The notes below the pieces were generated by a model that did not search any database, was not told the DNA's origin, and saw only the letters and a program-made list of their open reading frames with translations. A program made the position numbers and the translations under genes. Of a DNA stretch of 64,000 bases, positions 20,181 through 29,157 are shown piece after piece; position 1 is the first letter of the stretch, and each line of letters begins with the position of its first letter. Location: positions 1,024,001 to 1,088,000 of the forward strand of contig CBDCRP010000003.1 of the NCBI GenBank assembly GCA_965221165.1, read 5' to 3'. Origin of the DNA: a bacterium. Its GTDB lineage: Bacteria > UBA8248.

Positions 20181-20978
20181 TTACAGGATGGCCACGGGGC
20201 GGACGGGCGAGCCCGTGCCGCCGCGTATCTTGAGCGGCATGCAGACGAAGAGAAATTCATGCGCCCGGGCCCGGCTCAACTCCTCGAGCACGGCCACTTC
20301 GAGCAGGTGGATTCCGTTGTCCACCAGCATGTGGCAGTGCACGGGCATCGTGGGAGCGGGCAGCACCTCGACCGCGAAGTTATCGCTCCCGACCATGAAG
20401 ATGCTCTTCTCCGAGAGCCACTGCGCGGCGCTTAAGTCGATTCCGGGCATGCCGCCTTTTTGGAAATAATAATCCCGGCCCGGCCAGTGGCGCATGTGGC
20501 CGGTGCGCACCAGGACGACGTCGTCCTCCTCCACCCTCACCCCCTGGGCGGCGGCGGCCGCTTCCAGTTCTTCCTTCGTGATGGGGCGGCCCGCTTCGAG
20601 CACGTCTTTTTTGAAGTGCGCCGCCATGTCGATCATCACGCCGCGCCTCACCACGGGCGCCACGCTCTCGATGCCGTGGGCTTTTAAGCCCTCGGTCTTG
20701 CTTTGAAACTCGACGGCGTCCAGGCCGCCGTGGAGCTTCATGTCCCGTGAGACGTGGCCGAGCGCGTCGATGTGCGTACCCGTGTGGCCGGTGCAGAAAA
20801 TCGCCTCCACCGCCGAGCACGCACCGCCTGAATACATGAAATCGCCGTGTTCCCTGATCATCGAGTACCCGAACGGGCCGTGGAGCGGCACGTGCGGCAT
20901 TCCGGGGAAAAGCTCGACGCCCAAATCGAACACTTTACTGCCGCGCGCGATGGCGCGTACGTCTTCTATGTTCATCAT
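20181..20978 (-). CDS. Cyclase/kynurenine formamidase family protein
   Basis: HTGTHIDALGH, LVRTG, PLKIRGGTGSPVRPVA. Confidence 0.9.
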   Translation of the reverse strand: MMNIEDVRAIARGSKVFDLGVELFPGMPHVPLHGPFGYSMIREHGDFMYSGGACSAVEAIFCTGHTGTHIDALGHVSRDMKLHGGLDAVEFQSKTEGLKAHGIESVAPVVRRGVMIDMAAHFKKDVLEAGRPITKEELEAAAAAQGVRVEEDDVVLVRTGHMRHWPGRDYYFQKGGMPGIDLSAAQWLSEKSIFMVGSDNFAVEVLPAPTMPVHCHMLVDNGIHLLEVAVLEELSRARAHEFLFVCMPLKIRGGTGSPVRPVAIL

Positions 20979-21077
20979 AACCTCAATCAAGAGTTCATGA
21001 GCAGGCAGGCCGATGGGCCGAGCCAAATGCAAAACCACAGATCAAGCCGACGATGTGGCCGGTAATCCGGAAACACA

Positions 21078-21677
21078 TCAAGATGAGCATCTATTCACTA
21101 AATTTCCCCTCAAACCATACGTTCTTAAAATTTTCGTTCCAATTTTTTCAGTTTTTTCGCTTGTGGAAATTTTCCAGCCAACACATTCCGTCGGGATGGG
21201 ATTTCGGGAAAGGAATGCGCTGCATTGGGCTTCGGCCTTGAACAAGGGATATCTTGAATCACGAAATCTTCGATATTTCTTTTTCGATAATTCATTATAC
21301 AGGTCATTCAAGCAACGGACGCGTTTCAGCGCTTCTTGACGGTCTAATTTTAGTGGAACAGGTTTTGGGGCCTTTGATCTGCCGAGGTTGCTAAAAAATT
21401 TGTCCAAGTCCATCCCAAGCCGATGATTCCAGCTTTCCGCCTTCAGCCTCTGCTCAGGGTCGGTATAATAATCGATAACCGCGGCCACTTTCGCGTCTTC
21501 GTCATATGCTCCCCATGCTATCACCGATGCCCGCATCAAGACTCCCGGAGATTTTCGGTATTCCTGCTTGGTGAACCGCAGATGCTGATGTCTGTGTCGA
21601 TCCATTATGTTATTAACCGCTCCACATGCCGAAAGAGTGAACATACATGTGGCTGCGAGCGCTAGAATTTTTAGCAT
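21078..21677 (-). CDS. Hypothetical lipoprotein, low GC
   Basis: MLKILALAATCMFTLSAC lipobox; AT-rich relative to neighbours. Confidence 0.55.
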   Translation of the reverse strand: MLKILALAATCMFTLSACGAVNNIMDRHRHQHLRFTKQEYRKSPGVLMRASVIAWGAYDEDAKVAAVIDYYTDPEQRLKAESWNHRLGMDLDKFFSNLGRSKAPKPVPLKLDRQEALKRVRCLNDLYNELSKKKYRRFRDSRYPLFKAEAQCSAFLSRNPIPTECVGWKISTSEKTEKIGTKILRTYGLRGNLVNRCSS

Positions 21678-21848
21678 TGGGAATTCCCCCATGGTGGTTG
21701 TGTCGCAGAAGTAATGAAATTTCAACACCCACGGACCGATGGTCCGGAACGTATTCTGCCATCATAGCTTTGCGTCTCCCCATCGGGCAAGGTAAACAAG
21801 GATGGTGCTGAAAACGCGTTTCATCAATACCCTCTGGAGCGGCGGCGC

Positions 21849-22271
21849 ATGAATTATTGGGCGTACGTTCATCCGGCTTTTCAGATTGCGACGCTCTCGC
21901 TGGGCCTCGTCGTTCTGGCGAACGGCTTGCGCGTGAGGCGCTCCCGCAAGGGAGGAGCCGGACCCGAAACGGCGCGCATCGCCCGCTTTCACATGCGGCT
22001 CGGGCGGTGGTTTATCGCTTTTTTCTCCACAGGCTACGCGCTTGGCCTCGGCGGGATGCGCTTCGCCCTGGAAGGGCCCCTCTACGAGACGGCGCACAGC
22101 TATTTCGCCACCCTGGCCCTGGGCCTGTTCTGGACGACGGCTTATCTGGGCCGAAGGCTGAGAAGAAATTTGAAAAACGACGACGTAAGGCAGATTCACT
22201 CCTATTGCGGCTTTCTGGCCGTTTTCATCGCCTTGTTCGTCGCTTTTCTGGGGATGCGGCTGCTCCCCTAG
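21849..22271 (+). CDS. Four-TM membrane protein with four His (DUF4079/cytochrome b561-like)
   Basis: VHP, RFHMRLG, TAHSYF and QIHSYCG each precede a TM helix. Confidence 0.7.
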   Translation: MNYWAYVHPAFQIATLSLGLVVLANGLRVRRSRKGGAGPETARIARFHMRLGRWFIAFFSTGYALGLGGMRFALEGPLYETAHSYFATLALGLFWTTAYLGRRLRRNLKNDDVRQIHSYCGFLAVFIALFVAFLGMRLLP

Positions 22272-22510
22272 TCCACGGATTCTGATACAACGCCTTTGAA
22301 GCCGCCGCTTCAAGAGGCAGGGAAATTCTCCATGGCCTTATTCCCGTTTTCATTGTTGTCTTCATCTCCCATGAATATCACGGGCGGCAATCAGACATTT
22401 TGCCCGGCGCAAACCTTTCGTGTATCCTCCAGTCAATCAGCACTCAAAATTGAAAAAATGCCGTCTACCGAAAATTCGCATCGAAGCTATCCCTCAAGGG
22501 AGGAAGAACT

Positions 22511-23410
22511 ATGCTGAGAAAATCGAGGTTCATCCTGTTCGCCGCGTTCCTGATCGCCTCGGTTTGGGCGGCCCTTCCATCCGAGGCGGCGAACCCGTGC
22601 GCGAAGAACCCTTGCGCGAAGACGGCGAAGAATCCCTGTGCGAAAAATCCTTGCGGGGCCAACCCGTGCGCGGCAAAAAACCCTTGCGCAGGAAACCCAT
22701 GCGCGAAGACGGCGAAAAATCCCTGTGCGGCCAAGAATCCTTGCGCGAAAAACCCTTGCGCCAAGAACCCCTGTGCGAAAAACCCCTGTGGGGGGAACCC
22801 TTGCGCGAAGGCGGCGAAAAACCCCTGTGGCGGAAATCCGTGCGCGAAAAATCCCTGTGCGGCGAATCCGTGCGGCGGCAACCCGTGTAATCCCTGTGCG
22901 GGCGGCGCGGCCCGGGCGAGGAGCGAGGCCGTCATGCTCGTCGGCCGGGTCACCGGCTACAGCAAGGGCTACCTCGGCGTGCGCACCTCCGCCGGTAAAA
23001 ACGTGAGCGTCCACGTGGTGAAAACCACGCTGGCGCACCGGGGGCCAAAAGCGATCAGCGCAGCCTCCATCAGGGCCGGAACCCGGGTGAACATCTCCAC
23101 CCAGGCCAGGGGCGGCTACTACAAGGCGAACTTCATCTACGCGCTCGCAGGCGGCGGGGGCAATCCTTGCGGGGGCAACCCGTGTGGCGGAAATCCCTGC
23201 GCGAAAGCTGCGAAAAATCCCTGTGGAGCAAACCCATGCGCGGCCAAAAACCCGTGTGGCGGGAATCCTTGCGCGAAGACCGCCAAGAATCCTTGCGGGG
23301 GAAACCCATGCGCGGCCAAAAACCCGTGTGGGGGTAATCCTTGCGCCAAGAAAAACCCGTGCGGTGGAAATCCCTGCGCAGCCAAGAACCCCTGCGCGGC
23401 GAAGCGCTAA
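22511..23410 (+). CDS. Secreted NPC-repeat protein with a central beta-rich (DUF5666/OB-like) domain
   Basis: Signal peptide ending SEA|A; 19 N-terminal and 14 C-terminal NPC repeats flank a ~75-aa globular domain; GGAGG RBS. Confidence 0.85.
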   Translation: MLRKSRFILFAAFLIASVWAALPSEAANPCAKNPCAKTAKNPCAKNPCGANPCAAKNPCAGNPCAKTAKNPCAAKNPCAKNPCAKNPCAKNPCGGNPCAKAAKNPCGGNPCAKNPCAANPCGGNPCNPCAGGAARARSEAVMLVGRVTGYSKGYLGVRTSAGKNVSVHVVKTTLAHRGPKAISAASIRAGTRVNISTQARGGYYKANFIYALAGGGGNPCGGNPCGGNPCAKAAKNPCGANPCAAKNPCGGNPCAKTAKNPCGGNPCAAKNPCGGNPCAKKNPCGGNPCAAKNPCAAKR

Positions 23411-23488
23411 CAACGCCTCCCCGCGCAAGACGGAAAGGAGTTTGATTTTTATTGAGGTTGGAATTTTCCATATCCCAGCAAGGAGAAA

Positions 23489-24346
23489 ATGATGAAGACA
23501 GCTAAGTGGGGCATCATTCTCGCCGTGGCCTTAGGCCTCATGATTCCAGCGGCCGCTCAGGCGGCGGAAAAGAAGGCCACCATCACGCCGCCGCCCTTTT
23601 TCTTCACCCAGCAACGCGACGCCAGCGTGAAGGACTCCGTCGCCCGGGGCAAGAAAGTCTTCAGAGACATAGGCTGCGTGGGCTGTCACCCCCGTGGCCG
23701 CACCGTCGGCGGCACCGCGGTGGACATCATGGGCTTCAGGAACCCGGTTCCCATTCCCACCCTCAAGGGAGCGGCGGATCACTTCCCGCGCCTAAGTCCG
23801 GCGAGCCAGGTGGTGAGCGTCGGGCAGTTCAACGACCTTTGCTCCACGACGTTCATCGGCAATCCGCCCATGGACCCCTATTCCCAAAAGTACAAGGATT
23901 TGGAATCCTACGTGGTTTCACTCTCGCGCGCGCGATACAAGCGCATGCTCGACTGGGAGGCGAAGCGCAAGGCGTTCATGAAGACGGTGCAGCCCGCGGC
24001 CGGAGGCGGAAACCCATGCGGAGCCAACCCCTGCGCGCCGAAGAATCCCTGCGGAGGTAATCCTTGCGCCAAGAATCCATGCGCGGCCAAGAACCCATGT
24101 GCAGCGAAGAACCCATGTGCAGCGAAGAATCCCTGCGCTAAAAATCCGTGTGCCAGCAACCCGTGTGCGGCCAAAAACCCGTGTGCGGCGAAAAATCCTT
24201 GCGCGGCGAAGAATCCATGCGCAGCCAAGAATCCTTGTGCCGCCAAGAACCCCTGTGCCGCCAAAAACCCCTGCGCGAAAAACCCTTGCGCCAAAAACCC
24301 GTGTGCGGCCAAGAACCCATGCGCGAAGAATCCATGCAAAAAATAA
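23489..24346 (+). CDS. Periplasmic monoheme cytochrome c with NPC-repeat tail
   Basis: Signal peptide AQA|A; CVGCH; distal FNDLC; 20 C-terminal NPC repeats; AAGGAG RBS. Confidence 0.88.
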   Translation: MMKTAKWGIILAVALGLMIPAAAQAAEKKATITPPPFFFTQQRDASVKDSVARGKKVFRDIGCVGCHPRGRTVGGTAVDIMGFRNPVPIPTLKGAADHFPRLSPASQVVSVGQFNDLCSTTFIGNPPMDPYSQKYKDLESYVVSLSRARYKRMLDWEAKRKAFMKTVQPAAGGGNPCGANPCAPKNPCGGNPCAKNPCAAKNPCAAKNPCAAKNPCAKNPCASNPCAAKNPCAAKNPCAAKNPCAAKNPCAAKNPCAAKNPCAKNPCAKNPCAAKNPCAKNPCKK

Positions 24347-24480
24347 TGGGGGCTTAGCCGACATAATCGGATGAGCATCCGGCGCGCTCGCGTTCAGGAC
24401 GCGCTTCCTCCCATCGAGGGGGGAGGCGGCCTGCGCGCCTGCGTCCTGCACCGCCCAACCCGACGAAAGAGGACGGGAGT

Positions 24481-25281
24481 ATGAAAGTTCTGAAGATAAT
24501 GGGTTTATGGATCATCCTGGCTCTCGCGTGGAGCCTCATCGCGCCCGCCGCCTCCCTTGCCGCCAAGAGAATACCCCCCAAGCCGGAGACGGCGAAGCAA
24601 AACGGCGCAGACTACTGGCTGGGCAAGGAAATCTATGAGGAAATCTGCTTCTCCTGCCACGGCAGCAAGGGCGACGGGAAGGGCCCTAGCTGGCGAAGTT
24701 CCAGGCCCAGGCCGCAGGTATTCATCAGCTCCTACATGAAGCGCATGACGGATGATTACATCTTCACCATCGTGAAGTTCGGCAAGATGAACGTCTTGAA
24801 AAACCAGACGAAGGGTCACAAGATAAAAAACGGCGTCCCCACCGCCATGCCCTCGTTCGGAGAGGTTCTCGAAGACGATCAGATTCGAAAGCTCATCAAA
24901 TGGGAGCGCGGCTTCACGAGCGGAAAACAGCCCAAGGATGAGGAGAGCAAGGAAATCTTCATCGACGCCTGCTCCCAGTGCCACGGCAAAAAGGGCCAGG
25001 GCAACGGAACCCGTCCCGTGGAGGATCAGGACTCCGAAAAGCCGTTCATCAGCCATATCCAGCCGCCGCCGATGAACTATCACCTAAAAGAGCAGATGGC
25101 GCGCTTCGACGACGAGTTCCTCTTCTGGCTCATCAAGCTCGGCCGCATCGACGTCACCGAGATGAAAAAGTTCGACTTCATGAAAGCCTACGGCCACGTG
25201 CTGAGCGATGAGGAAATCTGGGCGGTCGTCCAGTACGTTCGCGAAACGTTCATCAACGGGAAGCCGCGAAAGAAAAAATAG
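24481..25281 (+). CDS. Periplasmic diheme c-type cytochrome
   Basis: Signal peptide; CFSCHG...AMPSF and CSQCHG...FMKAY give two His/Met class I domains. Confidence 0.9.
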   Translation: MKVLKIMGLWIILALAWSLIAPAASLAAKRIPPKPETAKQNGADYWLGKEIYEEICFSCHGSKGDGKGPSWRSSRPRPQVFISSYMKRMTDDYIFTIVKFGKMNVLKNQTKGHKIKNGVPTAMPSFGEVLEDDQIRKLIKWERGFTSGKQPKDEESKEIFIDACSQCHGKKGQGNGTRPVEDQDSEKPFISHIQPPPMNYHLKEQMARFDDEFLFWLIKLGRIDVTEMKKFDFMKAYGHVLSDEEIWAVVQYVRETFINGKPRKKK

Positions 25282-25517
25282 GCGAACGCCGCGCGCCTGC
25301 GCAGCATGAATTACACGGCGACGGCCTCCCTCAACCCTATCCCCTGTTCCGCGTGACGCCCGGAGAGGTCGCCGACCGGGAGCGGGCATAGGCCCCTTTG
25401 CGGGGCGAGACGAGCCGAGCGGTTTGTGAGAAAATATACGTGTCGCCCGAAACTTTAGTGCACCGGGGAGTTCAAGGCCTGTGATTTGAACGTCGACCCC
25501 GGCGAAGGAGCCTTATC

Positions 25518-25753
25518 ATGCGTTTGAACGTCGAAGCATCGCGAGACGAGGTAACCGCCTTTTGCGAGCGCTGGCAGGTTACGCAACTCGCCATCTTCGG
25601 CTCGGCGCTCAGGGAGGACTTCGGGCCCGAGAGCGACGTCGACCTCCTCGTCAGCTTCGAGGAAAGCGCGCGCCATACGCTGTTCGACATGGTCCGGATG
25701 GAGAATGAATTAAAGGCGATATTCGGGCGCGAGGTCGATCTCGTCAGCCGACG
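25518..25753 (+). pseudogene. Truncated minimal nucleotidyltransferase (MNT antitoxin)
   Basis: FGSALREDFGPESDVDLLV...GREVDLVSRR, after which it reads into the antisense strand of another gene. Confidence 0.75.
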
Positions 25754-25852
25754 AACGCCCGAGCGAATCAGGCCCTGGGTTTCCTCATCGTCGGCCGGCT
25801 CGGTCTTCAGGCGCCCGACTCGCACAAGATTATCGAGTTGCGGATGCGTCAT
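25742..25852 (-). pseudogene. 5' fragment of the HEPN-like partner gene of the wHTH-MNT protein
   Basis: MTHPQLDNLVRVGRLKTEPADDEETQGLIRSGVRRL overlaps the MNT stop, then runs into the antisense of the other MNT. Confidence 0.6.
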
Positions 25853-26492
25853 CTTCTCCTCCGATGAGCATCACATGGTCACCAGCGAGTACGCTCTTCA
25901 GGAAAGTGTTTCCGGCGGCGCGCCGTTCCTTGAACTCCTTTGACGTATAAAGCATGGGACTGATCCTGCGGTCGAGCCTCGTCTCCACTGGTGAGAGCAC
26001 GGCGTAGACTTCCTCCAGCGTCACGCCGTCGGCGACGACGAGCAAGTCGATGTCGCTAGCCGCCGTATCGCTCCCTTTCGCGATCGATCCGTAGACCAGG
26101 GCGAAGTCGATACGTTCGGTGAGCGGCTCCAACGCCTCCCGAATCGGCTCCACCACGGCAACCGTCTTGCATACGATGCCGCTCAGTTCCTCGAACACCG
26201 GACAATCCGGGTTGGCCTGATAATGTTTCTGCCTCCCGATAGAAGTGACGGTCACCAGCCCGCTGGATGTGAAGCGCTTGAGTTCACGCTGCACCGCCCC
26301 GGAGCCGGAACCCGTCAGCCCAATCAACTCACTGGCGAAGAAGCTCCGACCGGGCTGACCGAAAAGCAGCGCCAGCAGACGTTGCTGAGTGGTGGTGAAA
26401 AGCGCATCTGCAAGACTGGTGGGCATAGCGGCTCTCTCGGAAGCCTTGCGGCGGGTCGGGCGAGAAACTCGTGTTGGCGTCAGGTTACCCAT
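25830..26492 (-). CDS. wHTH plus nucleotidyltransferase (MNT) antitoxin/regulator
   Basis: SLADALFTTTQQRLL...GAVQREL HTH and YGSIAKGSDTAASDIDLL. Start at 26492 or 26426. Confidence 0.88.
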   Translation of the reverse strand: MGNLTPTRVSRPTRRKASERAAMPTSLADALFTTTQQRLLALLFGQPGRSFFASELIGLTGSGSGAVQRELKRFTSSGLVTVTSIGRQKHYQANPDCPVFEELSGIVCKTVAVVEPIREALEPLTERIDFALVYGSIAKGSDTAASDIDLLVVADGVTLEEVYAVLSPVETRLDRRISPMLYTSKEFKERRAAGNTFLKSVLAGDHVMLIGGEDDASATR

Positions 26493-26521
26493 AATGGGTA
26501 TTATTATGCCCGATATGGGCA
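26486..26521. promoter_or_regulatory. Tandem palindromic operators upstream of wHTH-MNT
   Basis: TACCCATAATGGGTA (26486-26500) and TGCCCGATATGGGCA (26507-26521), 21 bp apart. Confidence 0.7.
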
Positions 26522-26683
26522 AAAAGTAAATGGGGATTCCGGTTTCCGTCCACGCCTTGTCCGAGCTGCCCTGATCTTTCGCTGCGCAAGAATCTTTGGA
26601 TAGCCCCCTCCCCTTGCCGGGTCGCCTCCCCTCTGCTAGTTTCTGGGGAAAATCCATCCATTCTTTTCAGGAGGACGTACACG

Positions 26684-27205
26684 ATGGCGGAATTCACCGT
26701 AGCCAATTTCAGGGACGTGTCCGGGGGTCTGCAAGAGGGTCAATTCGCAGTCGGCGAGAGGAAGAAGGCGAGCGGTCTGGCCGATCTCGACCCCATCTAC
26801 AAAGATTTGCTGGATAAACCGATCACGGTCACGCTGGGCCTCATCGGCCCCGACGGGCGGGTGAACATGACGCCCATGTGGTTCGACTACGAGGGCGACA
26901 CGATTCTGGTGAACACGGCCTCGCACCGGGCGAAATGCGGATGGATACGAAACAATCCGCAACTGACGATTCTTCTCGTGAACCCCGAGAACCCCTACCA
27001 CTGGATGAGCATCAAGTGCACGGTGGTGAACGAGATACGAGAGGAGGAGCCGGGCGGCGAGAAGGCGACCGAGCAACTCGACCGCATCTGGACGAAATAT
27101 ACCGGCGCGGACCCGCCCTATGCGCTCAGGGACCCGGTAATCGATGAGAAGCGCGTGCTGTTCGAATGCCGTGTGGACAGGGTGGCCACGTTCGGACAAC
27201 CGTAA
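26684..27205 (+). CDS. Pyridoxamine 5'-phosphate oxidase-like (PPOX, possibly F420-dependent) protein
   Basis: PDGRVNMTPMWF, K...IRNNPQLTIL, NPYHW. Confidence 0.85.
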   Translation: MAEFTVANFRDVSGGLQEGQFAVGERKKASGLADLDPIYKDLLDKPITVTLGLIGPDGRVNMTPMWFDYEGDTILVNTASHRAKCGWIRNNPQLTILLVNPENPYHWMSIKCTVVNEIREEEPGGEKATEQLDRIWTKYTGADPPYALRDPVIDEKRVLFECRVDRVATFGQP

Positions 27206-27271
27206 TAATAAGGACGGGCAAGGCGGGCACGCTACTTTCGTATAGTCCGGCGAGGGTGGCGGTGTTCGCGT

Positions 27272-27739
27272 TTACTCTCTCTTGTTACTTGGCGATGAGA
27301 TAGAAACGTCTCCAGTCACGCTATCGAGTTCCCAAAACTCCACGTCAAGTGGAATCATGTGGAATTGCGTACGCATGAAATAGGACAACAGTGTTTCGCC
27401 TGTAGTTTCTCTTACGCTCCGCTCAACAAGGAAAATCTTCCGATAAGTCACGGGGGCCATGTGAAAATAGAACATGGCTTCAGCCCAGTTTTTCATCTTT
27501 GCACTCGGAACCTTGTTTCCCGCAGTCCAAGTTTGTGATTTACATTCTACGATGACTTTCGGACACTCTGCTCCCAAATCGAATGCGTGCTCCTTCTTTA
27601 ATGACCCGATCCCCACCGCCACCTTGTGGTTGGGATCAAGATCGAGGCCATGCTTAGTCAGTACCGTTTTGGCCCGCTCCTCAAATTCGCGTCCAACATG
27701 CGCATTACTGACCGCGCCCTCACGTTGAAAATTGGCCAT
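27272..27739 (-). CDS. Standalone PD-(D/E)XK nuclease-like hypothetical protein, low GC
   Basis: GREFE...FD...IVECKS pattern. Confidence 0.6.
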   Translation of the reverse strand: MANFQREGAVSNAHVGREFEERAKTVLTKHGLDLDPNHKVAVGIGSLKKEHAFDLGAECPKVIVECKSQTWTAGNKVPSAKMKNWAEAMFYFHMAPVTYRKIFLVERSVRETTGETLLSYFMRTQFHMIPLDVEFWELDSVTGDVSISSPSNKRE

Positions 27740-27868
27740 ATCTTCCCTCTCGTTTTTCGTGTGTTTCGATGCTCAAACTGGTGGCTTTCACGCTGGAGAA
27801 CTTAAACAGTGGCTATATGTTTGTGAAGCGAATTTTGTGAAAACCCTCCCTCATCGGTCGGGTTTGAC

Positions 27869-28999
27869 CTACCAGACGCAGCCGCGCGCCGCTACGGGGA
27901 TCACCGCTTCCAGGACGCCCTCCTCCATTCCGCCGCGAACGCCGTGGTAGACGTCGTAGAGGTTGATGGTCGGGTCGCAATGGCTGGGCTGGAACAGGAG
28001 GGTCTCGCCGATTTCAGGACGCCTCGAAGCCGGGGAGAGTTCCACCACGCCGTGCTCATCGGACGCCCGCGCATGCACGGCGCCTTCGAGTTCGAGACAA
28101 GGGGCCAGCCCGCTGTCCGAGGCGAGCGCCTTGTGGCCGGCGTCCATCACCACGCGCCCGGGCCCGGGCGCGCTCACCACGGTCGTCAGCACGAAAAGGC
28201 TGGGTCTGAAGTCGTCATAAGTGTCGGAACCCTCGCCGCCGATGCTGCGGTAGTGGGAATCCATGAAAAGATAGCTGCCCGCCTGAAGCTCGTTCAGCAC
28301 GCCAGATTCCGCGTCCCAGCGCCACGAACCCGTGCCGCCGCCGCTCCTAATCTCCATCGGAAGCCCTACCGCCTCGAACGCACTGATGGTCTCGCGCATC
28401 AACGCGATGGCCCCGGCGTAGACCTCGCGCCGCTCTTTGAATCCATCCACGTGCTGGGCTCTGCCCTGGTAGGCCTGAATCCCCTTGAGTTCGAGTCCCC
28501 TCGCCCCCTCTACGCGCCGGGCCAGCTCCACCGCAGCAACGCCCGGCGCCACGCCGCAGCGCCCCTGGCCCACGTCCACGTCGACGAGCACGCCGATTTC
28601 CGCCCCCGCCGCCGTCACGGCTTCCGAGAGCATCGCCACCCCCTGGGGGTGATCCACCACTACCATCAGCCGCGCATGGCGCGCGAGCGCTGCCAGGCGC
28701 TTGAGCTTGGAGACGGCCGTGACCTCGCTGCTCACGAGCACGTCCTCCACACCGCCCTCCACCATCACCTCGGCCTCGCTCACTTTCTGGCAGCACACGC
28801 CCACGGCGCCGAGAACCATCTGCTTACTCGCGAGCCAGGGACTCTTGTGCGTCTTGGCGTGGGCGCGGAGCCCCACGCCCGTCCCCTCCAGGCGCTTCGC
28901 CATCAACGCGAGGTTCTCCTCCATGACGTCCAGGTCGACTATCAGAGCGGGCGTTTCGATTTCGCGCACCGGCGTTCCGATGCTCTGGCTGTGGGGCAT
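27869..28999 (-). CDS. DSD1/D-threonine aldolase family PLP enzyme
   Basis: TPALIVD, RAHAKTHKS, GGGTG, ELQAGSY, SDEHG, HCDPTINL. Confidence 0.92.
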   Translation of the reverse strand: MPHSQSIGTPVREIETPALIVDLDVMEENLALMAKRLEGTGVGLRAHAKTHKSPWLASKQMVLGAVGVCCQKVSEAEVMVEGGVEDVLVSSEVTAVSKLKRLAALARHARLMVVVDHPQGVAMLSEAVTAAGAEIGVLVDVDVGQGRCGVAPGVAAVELARRVEGARGLELKGIQAYQGRAQHVDGFKERREVYAGAIALMRETISAFEAVGLPMEIRSGGGTGSWRWDAESGVLNELQAGSYLFMDSHYRSIGGEGSDTYDDFRPSLFVLTTVVSAPGPGRVVMDAGHKALASDSGLAPCLELEGAVHARASDEHGVVELSPASRRPEIGETLLFQPSHCDPTINLYDVYHGVRGGMEEGVLEAVIPVAARGCVW

Positions 29000-29157
29000 G
29001 AGAAATCCTCCTCCAGGGGAAATCTTTTTCACGAAAACAAAGAATATCACCTGAAAGACACGGCGGGAACCGGCTTGCCCGCCATCCTTTCATGACGCAT
29101 GATGCGTTTTTATTTTTCACTCAATTTGTCCTACTCGAATTCGGAGGGTTTTTCTTC

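Noticed and set aside
22465-24378. Minus-strand ORFs with AQGFF/AHGFL repeats
   Set aside because: They are antisense shadows of the NPC genes; the + strand has RBSs, signal peptides and a heme motif.
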